This document shows, one piece after another, positions 1-7,891 of a stretch of 64,000 nucleotides of DNA; the first letter of the stretch is position 1; every line of letters begins with the position of its first letter. The position numbers were made by a program, and so were the translations under genes. Under the pieces are notes generated by a model. That model was not told the DNA's origin and searched no databases. It saw only the letters and a list, made by a program, of their open reading frames with translations. The DNA comes from an uncultured virus (IMG/VR IMGVR_UViG_2775507210_000003) (taxonomy: Duplodnaviria > Heunggongvirae > Uroviricota > Caudoviricetes): IMG/VR virus record IMGVR_UViG_2775507210_000003, one strand, 5' to 3'.

Positions 1-31
1 CGCGCTTAGAAGAAAAAATGTGAACAAGGGG

Positions 32-60
32 TTGCCAAGGTCAAAAAACGAGTACATAAT
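32..60 (+). promoter_or_regulatory. sigma70 promoter of tRNA-Cys
   Basis: TTGCCA (32-37), 17-bp spacer, CATAAT (55-60), upstream of the tRNA. Confidence 0.65.
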
Positions 61-152
61 CCCGCTCACTCCACAGGGAGTCAGCAAAAACTCTTTAGAT
101 AACAAAGAGTTGAAGCGAGTTTGAAGCAGCGATAGCAGCTTCGGACATTTGA

Positions 153-226
153 GGCCGAGTAGCAAAGTGGTTATGCTCCGGATTGCAAATCCGTCTACGC
201 CGGTTCGATTCCGACCTCGGCCTCCA
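153..226 (+). tRNA. tRNA-Cys (GCA)
   Basis: GGCCGAG/CTCGGCC acceptor stem, TT-GCA-AA anticodon loop, GGTTCGATTCC T-arm, 3' CCA; 74 nt. Confidence 0.97.
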
Positions 227-230
227 TATT
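179..230 (+). repeat. att core copy 1 (left end of prophage 1)
   Basis: 52 bp identical to 43291-43342; covers the 3' part of the tRNA. Confidence 0.95.
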
Positions 231-231
231 C

Positions 232-266
232 AAAAGCCCCGCAGATTAAGGTCTGCGGGGCTTTTT
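232..266 (+). terminator. Rho-independent terminator after tRNA
   Basis: AAAAGCCCCGCAGA-ttaagg-TCTGCGGGGCTTTTT hairpin. Confidence 0.85.
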
Positions 267-287
267 CGTTGTGGGCTGGAACGCAAA

Positions 288-321
288 GTGTTCCGCAACT
301 TTTGCCATGTGTTCCGCAACT
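288..321 (+). repeat. Putative integrase arm-type sites, prophage 1
   Basis: GTGTTCCGCAACT at 288-300 and 309-321; TGTTCCGCAAC also at 43177-43187. Confidence 0.65.
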
Positions 322-326
322 CAGCC

Positions 327-1391
327 CTACCGAGTAGGGCTGACGATCTCTCCGACGCGCCTGTAAACGTCTTTTGTGATCTTCTCTTTCGAGTGCCCCA
401 GCAGCCTGCTGGCATGGCTGATGTCCTCAATTTCAGAAGCCGCTTTCGGGCGTATGTCCTTGAACATGAACTTGCGGATCCGGTCGGCTAGCTCTCGATC
501 TCCGGCGTGTTCGATCTGTGCTGCTGCGCGTTCACGGGCCTCACTGAATCGGTTTCTCAGCATTTCCCAGCTCATGCGCAAGCCTGACTGATTGGTGATC
601 AGGCGCGAACTCTTGATGCCGGCTAGTGCTCGCCGCTCCAGCAGATCGTCAATGAACCGTCCCAGGCCGGAAGGTTGGTCCCCGTCGGTTAACCGAATAC
701 GAAGCCGCTTGTCTGTTTTGTTTTGTCCGACGAACAAGTACTCGTCGGTCAGGTCGGCAGTCGATACCTTGAGCGTGTCGGCGGGGCGTTGACCTGTCAG
801 GTAGGCAAGGTCCATGGCGTCCTTCAGCTCTTGAACGGCTTCACTGTAAACGGCGTCCCATACCTGGTCAGTAGCGTAGTAGTCGCGCACCTTTTCCTTG
901 TTTCGACGGACCTTAAGGCAGGGGTTCCTGTCTGCAAAACCCCATTCAACGGCAATCGTAAAGACGTGCGAAAGCAATGCGATCTCTCGGTTCGCCCTTG
1001 TCTTGGCAGAGCGGGCATCGCGATACTGGGCAACCACTGGTGGCGTAATCGACTCGATTGGGGCCTCATCAAACGCCTTTCGTAGGTTCTTCAGCTCGTA
1101 GCCATTGTCTTTTTGGGTGCGGGGTTTCTTGGTCGGAATGATTTCTCGCTCGTAGCGATCAAACAGTTCCCGCATCAAGCTCATGACCTTCGGCATGGCT
1201 TTCTGCTCGAGCCGTGCCCACTCAAGCTTGGCCTCAGCCAAGTCCTGTCCCAGAGGTATTTCGACCCGCCTGCCTTCTGCATCCCGGCCGCAGTAGTAGT
1301 AAGCCACCCATAGCTTCCCACTCTTTCTCTTTCTGGCCCGCCGGATCATTCGCTCCGGCAGGTCTCGATTTTCCTTTTTTCTCTTGCGCAT
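327..1391 (-). CDS. int: Tyrosine recombinase, phage integrase
   Basis: TGQRPAD, KDIRPKAAS, LLGHS, VYRR motifs; adjacent to att. Confidence 0.95.
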   Translation of the reverse strand: MRKRKKENRDLPERMIRRARKRKSGKLWVAYYYCGRDAEGRRVEIPLGQDLAEAKLEWARLEQKAMPKVMSLMRELFDRYEREIIPTKKPRTQKDNGYELKNLRKAFDEAPIESITPPVVAQYRDARSAKTRANREIALLSHVFTIAVEWGFADRNPCLKVRRNKEKVRDYYATDQVWDAVYSEAVQELKDAMDLAYLTGQRPADTLKVSTADLTDEYLFVGQNKTDKRLRIRLTDGDQPSGLGRFIDDLLERRALAGIKSSRLITNQSGLRMSWEMLRNRFSEARERAAAQIEHAGDRELADRIRKFMFKDIRPKAASEIEDISHASRLLGHSKEKITKDVYRRVGEIVSPTR

Positions 1392-1394
1392 TCG

Positions 1395-1649
1395 TTATCC
1401 CACCCGCGACAGGTCTAATGTCCAGGTGTCCGCCACAGCATTGGTTGCTGAAGGCTTTACACCGGCAAGCTTCAGGCGGGCGTACACCCTGCCTATAATC
1501 GGGCGTCTTGCTCTGTTCAACGCGTACTGCCAGCCGTTGTTTGTTAGCCAGGTGATCTGTTTTGACGGCTTCTGGTACCCAGTAATTGCGGCCACTTCTT
1601 CTTCACTAAGGGTCTCAGCCTGAACAGTGTCTCCCTGCCACTTACTCAT
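1395..1649 (-). CDS. DUF4224-like putative excisionase
   Basis: LSEEEVAAITGY...RPIIGRVYARLKL; directly upstream of int; paralog at 44489. Confidence 0.75.
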   Translation of the reverse strand: MSKWQGDTVQAETLSEEEVAAITGYQKPSKQITWLTNNGWQYALNRARRPIIGRVYARLKLAGVKPSATNAVADTWTLDLSRVG

Positions 1650-1700
1650 CGTCTGGTCCCTCAAAGAAGTGCTTAGCAGCGTGCAGGGTCGGCATATTCA

Positions 1701-2222
1701 TCACTGTTCTCCCTGCAGGCTTTTCAGTAGCGACTGCAGTTGCTTGAACTTGGCCAATCGTTCGGCATTGCCTTCGCGCTCAGCCTCAACGGAAAGTGCA
1801 ACTTCCTCGATGCGTGCTGCCAGTCTTTTCAAGCGCTGGCTGAAATCTTCAGCAACCGAAATCACTTCGTGAGACAGACTGGCCAGCACATCAAGCGCAC
1901 CAGCTTCGGATTTCTTTGTGGCTGATACGACCTTCAGTGCTTCTTTTGGCATGTCCTGTTCCTTCTTTCTTGATGGTGCTGTTTTCGGCGTGACGCGCTG
2001 GAAATGCCCGCTGATCGGCTCACGGACTAGGCCGGCTTCTTTCAGTTCGCCAAGGCACCTGCGCACAGCTCGGTTATCTGCGGCTGTGCCGGTGGTCCGT
2101 AACAAGTGATAGATGTTCGAGCAATGCCAGTGCTCCTGGATCGGTACCGCCTGGAAAATTTTCTGTGCCAAAGTGGACTGGCTATCCAACATTTGCTGGT
2201 GACGAGATGCGGTCATAGCCAT
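1701..2222 (-). CDS. Phage hypothetical protein (winged-helix-like plus coiled coil)
   Basis: ATG at 2222 overlaps the upstream stop. Confidence 0.6.
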   Translation of the reverse strand: MAMTASRHQQMLDSQSTLAQKIFQAVPIQEHWHCSNIYHLLRTTGTAADNRAVRRCLGELKEAGLVREPISGHFQRVTPKTAPSRKKEQDMPKEALKVVSATKKSEAGALDVLASLSHEVISVAEDFSQRLKRLAARIEEVALSVEAEREGNAERLAKFKQLQSLLKSLQGEQ

Positions 2223-2833
2223 TAGCTCTGCACCTGCGTTCGGTCCAGGCGCTCGATCTCGGCCAGGATCAGGGCGCAGGCCTTGACCAGCATGCGGCGT
2301 GGGGCTTCCTTCTTTACTGGCCAGCGACAAATGTTATTCAGAGGGGGCCATTCTGGAGTGGTTCCAATCCCAAGCAGGGTGATTACAGCAGCGGCTTTGG
2401 CCAACTCACCGGATTTGTAATGTTCGTCGTGCTCCGGCGTGTAGCCTTTTTCCTTAATCTGTCGACGCCGTTCGGCCAGTACTTCTCGAGCTGCGGTGGC
2501 ATGTATGTTGGCGCGAGGCTTGCCGTGCCAGACTGGATGATCAGCATTGCGCGTCTGGGCATTGCTACCGCATTCCCCGCAGACCCAGCTAGCGGCGTCT
2601 GCGTCCAGTTCTGCCAGTTTTGCGCGCAAGCTCTCGCACTCGGCGCCGGTTTTGGCCAGCTCCCCTTCAAGTTCCTCGATCTCAAGTGCATGCAGTGCGT
2701 GCCGTTTTGCGAGGCCATCTTCAAAGCCAGCGGTGCTAGCGCGGTGGCGGGTTGTGGCGAACAGGAACGGGAGGAATGCTAGAGTGAACAACCAAAGGGC
2801 TACAAGGGCGAGGATGTAGTGCTGCTGTTGCAT
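2222..2833 (-). CDS. Phage hypothetical protein with N-terminal TM helix
   Basis: Hydrophobic N-terminus; ERRRQ...EHD...LVKACALILAEIER phage motif. Confidence 0.65.
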   Translation of the reverse strand: MQQQHYILALVALWLFTLAFLPFLFATTRHRASTAGFEDGLAKRHALHALEIEELEGELAKTGAECESLRAKLAELDADAASWVCGECGSNAQTRNADHPVWHGKPRANIHATAAREVLAERRRQIKEKGYTPEHDEHYKSGELAKAAAVITLLGIGTTPEWPPLNNICRWPVKKEAPRRMLVKACALILAEIERLDRTQVQS

Positions 2834-2901
2834 GTGCTGCGCTCCGTATAGGGTGCCCGCCGCCGTGATCTTTGGTGAGAGGTCGGCGGCGGGCGATGGT
2901 G

Positions 2902-3720
2902 TTACTTGCCTACGCTGAAGGTGCCCAGGGTGAGGGTGGCTGCGCTGCCGACTTCCTGGCTGAGGACTGCTTTGAACTCTTGGGCGATTTCTTCCTGCTG
3001 CACTTCTTTGCCCACCCAGCGGAGCTTGAGCGCTGGTTTGTCGCCGCCAGTCAGGATGCTGAGCTTGAGGGTAAAGGTGCGCTCGCCCAGGCCTTCATAG
3101 GGAGCGAAGGTGAAGTGCAGGGCGTCGATGCGGATGTCATCGCTGGCCGCTTCGATGCTGTCCATGGCGCTGCGTGAGGCTCCGAAGTTGTGTTCGGAGT
3201 GGTTCGCGGCGGAACTTGCCTTGATGGTGATGTTGCGCACGGCGTTCACAGCCGCGCCGATGGCGAGCTGGGTGCCAGTGTCTTGGATCGCGGCCAGGCT
3301 GGCGTGCCAGTCTTCCATCCATTCGGCCAGCTCGCGCTGAGTGAGCTGCTTGCCGGCGATGGCAGTCAGCGCCTGGTAAGCGGCGGTTGGCTTCAGCGCC
3401 AGTTTGGCCAAGTCGTCGCCATGGCCCGGCAGGTTTGAGTCACCCAGGTTGAAGAAGACAGTGCAGCTCATGCTGTCCTGATCGACAAAGCCTCGAGCGG
3501 TGGTCTCCGAGGATTGCGCCAGCACGTAGTCCGCGAAGTCGTGAAGGCTATTTGTGTTCAGCATTCCACGGAAGCGCGACCGATGCAGCTGGAGGTGTTC
3601 CAGGCTGCGGACCTGGACGTTATCCGGTAGGGCGACTACGGGCACATGAGTCAGCGGCAATTCTCGCGCTGCTGCTGCGTTGTCGATGATCAGTTCGAGG
3701 GTGTCTTTATTCAGGGACAT
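2902..3720 (-). CDS. DUF2303/YfdQ family protein
   Basis: RSRFRG...WMEDW...LKLRW; paralog of 50158-50973. Confidence 0.8.
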   Translation of the reverse strand: MSLNKDTLELIIDNAAAARELPLTHVPVVALPDNVQVRSLEHLQLHRSRFRGMLNTNSLHDFADYVLAQSSETTARGFVDQDSMSCTVFFNLGDSNLPGHGDDLAKLALKPTAAYQALTAIAGKQLTQRELAEWMEDWHASLAAIQDTGTQLAIGAAVNAVRNITIKASSAANHSEHNFGASRSAMDSIEAASDDIRIDALHFTFAPYEGLGERTFTLKLSILTGGDKPALKLRWVGKEVQQEEIAQEFKAVLSQEVGSAATLTLGTFSVGK

Positions 3721-3764
3721 CAGGTATTTCCTTTTTGGTGAGAGGTTTTGGTGCAGCACGGGGT

Positions 3765-4112
3765 TTAAACTTCGCGGGCCTTGACCGGGGCTTCGTCGCG
3801 GGTAAACAGCTGTGCGGTCGGGTCTGTCTGGAACAGGGTCAGCCCTTGAGCTGTTACGTAAAGCGGAGTGTCCAGGGTGGTGTCTTCGCGGCGCTTGCCA
3901 CGCTTGGTGGGCTCGACAAAGTCCAGGGTGTGGCTGATGGCGACTTGGTTGCTCTGGCCGATCTGTTTGATCTTGAGCTTGATGGTCACTTCCCCGACCT
4001 TGCTGTGGTCAACAACGCCGGCGGCAACGTCCGAGAGGGCGCGGCCAATCTGCTGGCTGAATACGCCAGCATTGAGTGAGTTGAAAAAGTCGTTGGTATC
4101 AGTTGCTTTCAT
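3765..4112 (-). CDS. Phage protein (YfdP-like)
   Basis: PTKRG...TTLDTP; paralog of 51000-51347. Confidence 0.7.
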   Translation of the reverse strand: MKATDTNDFFNSLNAGVFSQQIGRALSDVAAGVVDHSKVGEVTIKLKIKQIGQSNQVAISHTLDFVEPTKRGKRREDTTLDTPLYVTAQGLTLFQTDPTAQLFTRDEAPVKAREV

Positions 4113-4155
4113 GTGCTGTGCTCCTGGTTAATGCCCCTGTAGGCCGGGGCCGCCG

Positions 4156-4395
4156 TCATGCTGCTTGCTGTGCCTGTGCATCCAGGTAGGCGGCAAGGTC
4201 GTGCAGATAAACCACAGGCTTGGCGCGTGCCGAGCCGTGCAGCTTGGTGAGCTTGAGTTTGATCCGGCCTGCCCTGATCTCGTCCCGCAGATGGCGATCG
4301 GTTCGGATGTGCGGAAAATAGTGCTCCCGAATAGCGGTCAGAGTTGGGCAGGGCGTTGTCCATTGGCGGCGTAGCTGGTTAAGCGTGTCGCTCAT
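4156..4395 (-). CDS. Pyocin activator PrtN-family small DNA-binding protein
   Basis: YFPH...IRAGRI...VVYLHDLAAYLD. Confidence 0.65.
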   Translation of the reverse strand: MSDTLNQLRRQWTTPCPTLTAIREHYFPHIRTDRHLRDEIRAGRIKLKLTKLHGSARAKPVVYLHDLAAYLDAQAQQAA

Positions 4396-4763
4396 GGGGT
4401 CTCCCCACGCCCCTCAGTGGGCGGCAGCAACTTGAGGCGGATCAGTTCTGCCAGCCCCTCTTTGGTCTTTCCTGATGCGGCTGCGCAGACTTGCCCCTTG
4501 GCATCGGCTACCACTGCGCCCAGAGGGAACTCTGGCGAGTTGGTTGGCGTGACGTAGGCAACCTGGCCTTCAGCGATCACCTGTTCTACGCAGCGAAAGG
4601 CTTCGATCAGTTCGACTGCTGCTGGGGGAAGACCCTCCAGCAGTGTTAGGGCCTCAGCAGCTGCACCGGTGAGAGTGGCGCGACTGATCACCGTAGGGTG
4701 ATTGAGGAACATGGGTACCAGCTTCAGGGCACCGACTGCAGAGGTGATAGCGTTTTGGCTCAT
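4392..4763 (-). CDS. Phage hypothetical protein
   Basis: Overlapping start/stop within the early operon. Confidence 0.6.
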   Translation of the reverse strand: MSQNAITSAVGALKLVPMFLNHPTVISRATLTGAAAEALTLLEGLPPAAVELIEAFRCVEQVIAEGQVAYVTPTNSPEFPLGAVVADAKGQVCAAASGKTKEGLAELIRLKLLPPTEGRGETP

Positions 4764-5041
4764 GCCACGTTGTCCTTGCTCTGTTGGGTCACTTCGATGC
4801 CGAGTTGCTTGGCGAGCCAGGCGACGCCTTTCTCTTTCACGATGACCACGCTGTAGTGGCTGAAGGTGTTGATGCTGGGGTTCCAGCGGCTGCGTGCGTC
4901 GACGTACATGTAGCCCCGATCTCGGTGTTTGCTTGCAAGCTCGCCGGATTGGGTCAGGATGCCGATTTCACGCAGACGTTTACGGAATGTCCGTGGCTTC
5001 AGGCCGAGCAGGGCGGCGGTCGCGTCGAGGGTTCGATTCAT
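4760..5041 (-). CDS. Phage antirepressor KilAC-like domain protein
   Basis: AALLGLKPRTFRKRLREIGIL...KGVAWL. Confidence 0.65.
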   Translation of the reverse strand: MNRTLDATAALLGLKPRTFRKRLREIGILTQSGELASKHRDRGYMYVDARSRWNPSINTFSHYSVVIVKEKGVAWLAKQLGIEVTQQSKDNVA

Positions 5042-5050
5042 GGCTGTGCC

Positions 5051-5623
5051 TCACGCTGCAAAGCGCTGAGCGCGTTTAACCAGCACATGTACGAACTCGT
5101 CGATCTGGCCGTACAGGTCATCCAGCGAACCGATGTTGTGCAGCACCAGGTCGTTGTCCTGAATGCCAATACCTAGTTCGCTGCTGTGAGGATTGACCTC
5201 TGGGGTGTCAGGGCGGATGAGGTGAATAACCACGCCTCCACGCTTGCGGACAAACTCGGCTTCATTCTCGAAGCGCAGATCGCTGATGACGAAGCCCGAT
5301 GCGGTGTCATACGTTTCAGCCAGGAATGCGAGATTTTGTTCTGCGACCAAGAGCCAGAGTTCCGGGTGGACCAAGTTGCGGCCCCACTCTGTACCGATGG
5401 ATTGCATCAGCTCGCGTGGCGATTTGCCGAGCCAGCCAATCGACTGCTCCTTGCGATCACCATCAAAGTCGCAGGGGCTCAGGTTGAAGATGTTCATCAG
5501 GCCGTCACGCAATGGGTCTGCGAACGCGTATGCCTGGAGATTGTGAGTGTTGACCAGGTGCTTTGCTGCGGTGTCTTTGCCGGAGCGGGCGCGGCCAGCG
5601 AGGCCAATCAGAAGTTTGGTCAT
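5051..5623 (-). CDS. Deoxynucleotide monophosphate kinase
   Basis: GLAGRARSGKDT P-loop, FADPL, PRELMQSIGTEWGR, ISDLRFENE. Confidence 0.88.
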   Translation of the reverse strand: MTKLLIGLAGRARSGKDTAAKHLVNTHNLQAYAFADPLRDGLMNIFNLSPCDFDGDRKEQSIGWLGKSPRELMQSIGTEWGRNLVHPELWLLVAEQNLAFLAETYDTASGFVISDLRFENEAEFVRKRGGVVIHLIRPDTPEVNPHSSELGIGIQDNDLVLHNIGSLDDLYGQIDEFVHVLVKRAQRFAA

Positions 5624-5808
5624 GCTACGTCACCCCCGAATGGGGCGCCGATGGCATTGCTGGCTTTTACGGCTTTGGCGCGGCCTTTAGGGGAGGTGAT
5701 GATCAGCAGGCCGGTACGGCGCTGGATAGCCTCAACCGCTGCGCGGGAGCTGCAGGCGGCTGGGTGCAGGTACACCTGGCAGGGTGCGTTGTGCTGTGTG
5801 GAATTCAT
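5620..5808 (-). CDS. Phage hypothetical protein
   Basis: First gene of the leftward operon; coupled to dNMP kinase. Confidence 0.55.
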   Translation of the reverse strand: MNSTQHNAPCQVYLHPAACSSRAAVEAIQRRTGLLIITSPKGRAKAVKASNAIGAPFGGDVA

Positions 5809-5843
5809 GTCACGTACTCTGTGGTGAGGGGGTACGCGACAAA

Positions 5844-5883
5844 ATTAGTGCCACTGCTTTATTATGTCAACAGTGATACTTAT
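5844..5883. promoter_or_regulatory. Putative OL operators, prophage 1
   Basis: ATTAGTGCCACTGCT (5844-5858) and AACAGTGATACTTAT (5869-5883) share an AGY-N3-RCT core with the OR sites. Confidence 0.5.
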
Positions 5884-5924
5884 ATTTTGGTGTAAAAATT
5901 AGGGCGCTTCTCGGCGCCCTATGG

Positions 5925-6737
5925 TTACAGTAGTACGGAATACCAGAAAACCTTGCCGATTACCTGAATGTGGGACTCCACGTAGTCTCCATCGTAACGC
6001 TCGTCTGGATGCTCATCGGAATTGTAACTCCGCAGACGTAGGCCACCACCAGGCATCCTATAGAGCAGCTTCACGCGCAATTGGCCGTCATGATTGATAG
6101 CGTACATTTTGCCGTCCTGAACCTGAGTCGCTGCGGTATCTACTCCCACAGTACTTCCGTCAGGCAAGACGGGTTCCATGCTATTGCCGGTAACCGGGAC
6201 GCAACCGGCAGATGCTGGGTCGATCTGCTTTCTTTGCAGCGTCCGTTTACCAAAGCGCAACTTACGGCCATTTGTCTCCAGCATAACCTCTGAACCCTTA
6301 CCAGCTGACAGCTCAACTTCCTTGAAAAATGGCAGCTCTACTTCGTCGCTACCGAGCGGCGTGCTGTCGTCCCAAACCTCGATTGGAATGAGTTCCGATC
6401 TGATCTCGGGCTTGGATGCTTCACCAATGCTTGGGGCAAAACTATCGTGTGGGGCTCCCAGTACTGGCATACGTGCGAGCTTTGCCAGGCGAGGGCTGAC
6501 TTCGTCGATCTGGAAATTTAGGAATGCGGCGAGTCGGTACAGGGCGCTAATGTTCAGTGGAATTTTGCCGTTCATGTACTGGCTCACCACGCTCTGACCA
6601 GCCCAGCCACAGGCATCTGCAAGCTTCTCTTGGGTTAGAGAGGGATCCTCACGCTTTCTAGCCTGATAGATAGCCTTGAGGCGCGCAGCTTCAGCGCTTC
6701 GTATTTCGGGGGTCGGAGTAAGCGGGTCGTAGGTCAT
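5925..6737 (-). CDS. CI-like repressor (HTH + S24 autopeptidase)
   Basis: LTQEKLA...QSVVSQYMNG HTH; GNSMEP and VKLL catalytic motifs. Confidence 0.92.
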   Translation of the reverse strand: MTYDPLTPTPEIRSAEAARLKAIYQARKREDPSLTQEKLADACGWAGQSVVSQYMNGKIPLNISALYRLAAFLNFQIDEVSPRLAKLARMPVLGAPHDSFAPSIGEASKPEIRSELIPIEVWDDSTPLGSDEVELPFFKEVELSAGKGSEVMLETNGRKLRFGKRTLQRKQIDPASAGCVPVTGNSMEPVLPDGSTVGVDTAATQVQDGKMYAINHDGQLRVKLLYRMPGGGLRLRSYNSDEHPDERYDGDYVESHIQVIGKVFWYSVLL

Positions 6738-6749
6738 ACCATCAAATTT

Positions 6750-6822
6750 ATAAGCGAAGCTTATTTTAACCAAACAGTAGGGCTGATTTTTTTGCTTGCG
6801 ACAATAAAGAAGTAACACTAAT
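6750..6822. promoter_or_regulatory. Putative OR operators between cI and cro, prophage 1
   Basis: ATAAGCGAAGCTTAT (6750-6764), AACAGTAGGGCTGAT (6773-6787), AGAAGTAACACTAAT (6808-6822). Confidence 0.55.
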
Positions 6823-6855
6823 ATCTGTTGCTGGCAGCCTCTCGAGGACGTAGGT

Positions 6856-7065
6856 ATGAGCAACGAGATTGGTATTCCCCTTTGCGAGTTCGCCAAGGGT
6901 AGAACGCAGCCAGAGCTTGCTGCACTGCTGTGCGTATCGCAAAGCGCGGTATCACAGATGATTAACTCGGCTCGCGACATAAGGATCAGAGTCAACGATG
7001 CCGGGGAGTGTACGGCCGTGGAAATACGGCCCATTGGAAATCGCAAAAAAACGAATGCTGCTTAA
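6856..7065 (+). CDS. Cro-like repressor
   Basis: TQPELAALLCVSQSAVSQM HTH; divergent from cI. Confidence 0.85.
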   Translation: MSNEIGIPLCEFAKGRTQPELAALLCVSQSAVSQMINSARDIRIRVNDAGECTAVEIRPIGNRKKTNAA

Positions 7066-7206
7066 AAGACGCCGGGCCGGGACCCTCTCACCACAAGATC
7101 ACCCCGGCCCAGCTACGACGACACACAGCACATGCACATCGGTCGTAGTCATAGGATAGGGCGTGCCCGCTTTTATGGCTACACCGTAAACAGGGGATTT
7201 ACGGTT

Positions 7207-7695
7207 ATGAGTCGCACAGACCTACTGCCGGACGCTGGTCCGGTTCTGTCTTTGCGTCAGGCGCTTTATCGTGCCGGGCGCGACTTCAAGGGCGGTGTTA
7301 CCGCTCTTGCCTTTCAAATGGTAATCGACAACGACGCCTTACAGAAAAAGCTGAAGCTCGATGAGGAGCGCCGGTGGCTCACCCCAGATGAACTGGAAGA
7401 GGTCATTCGCCTTACGGCGGATCCGCGATTGCTGGATGCACTTGTGCGCCCGGCAGGTGCTGTGTGGTACCGCCCGGTACCAGTGCCTGCGACCCATGAG
7501 GCTCTGAAGGCCGTAGGCAAACTACTGGAAGAGGCTGGAGAGTTTGTTGCCAGCATGCACGATGGTGCAGCCGACAAACGATGGGAGCAGCACGAAGTGC
7601 TCGACCTGGAGCAGCGCGGTATGGACGTCATTCGCGAGGTGCTTGGCATCATGGCCGGCGCACGTAAATCGATGGAGGACCGTCTCCATGGCTGA
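7207..7695 (+). CDS. Phage regulatory CII/YmfL-family protein
   Basis: Position after cro; GGVTALA...LQKKL. Confidence 0.7.
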   Translation: MSRTDLLPDAGPVLSLRQALYRAGRDFKGGVTALAFQMVIDNDALQKKLKLDEERRWLTPDELEEVIRLTADPRLLDALVRPAGAVWYRPVPVPATHEALKAVGKLLEEAGEFVASMHDGAADKRWEQHEVLDLEQRGMDVIREVLGIMAGARKSMEDRLHG

Positions 7696-7891
7696 CATCG
7701 CTGATCTGGCCAATGAACAGGCCGACTACCACTTGCAGGTCGCGCTGGGGCGCCACAAGCGCCAGGGCGCCAAGCCAAGTGCCGAGTTCTGTGTTGATTG
7801 CGATGAGTCCATTCCGTTGCGTCGTCAGCAGTCTGTGCCAGGCTGTGAAACCTGCATCAGTTGCCAGGAACTGCGGGAGCGTTGCAGATGA
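7688..7891 (+). CDS. TraR/DksA C4 zinc-finger protein
   Basis: MADIADLA...CVDC...RR...CETCISCQE. Confidence 0.85.
   Translation: MADIADLANEQADYHLQVALGRHKRQGAKPSAEFCVDCDESIPLRRQQSVPGCETCISCQELRERCR

Noticed and set aside
178..195. C-U mismatch at the top of the tRNA anticodon stem as integration damage
   Set aside because: Both att copies have the same 3' half, and the native allele cannot be judged without an uninfected relative.
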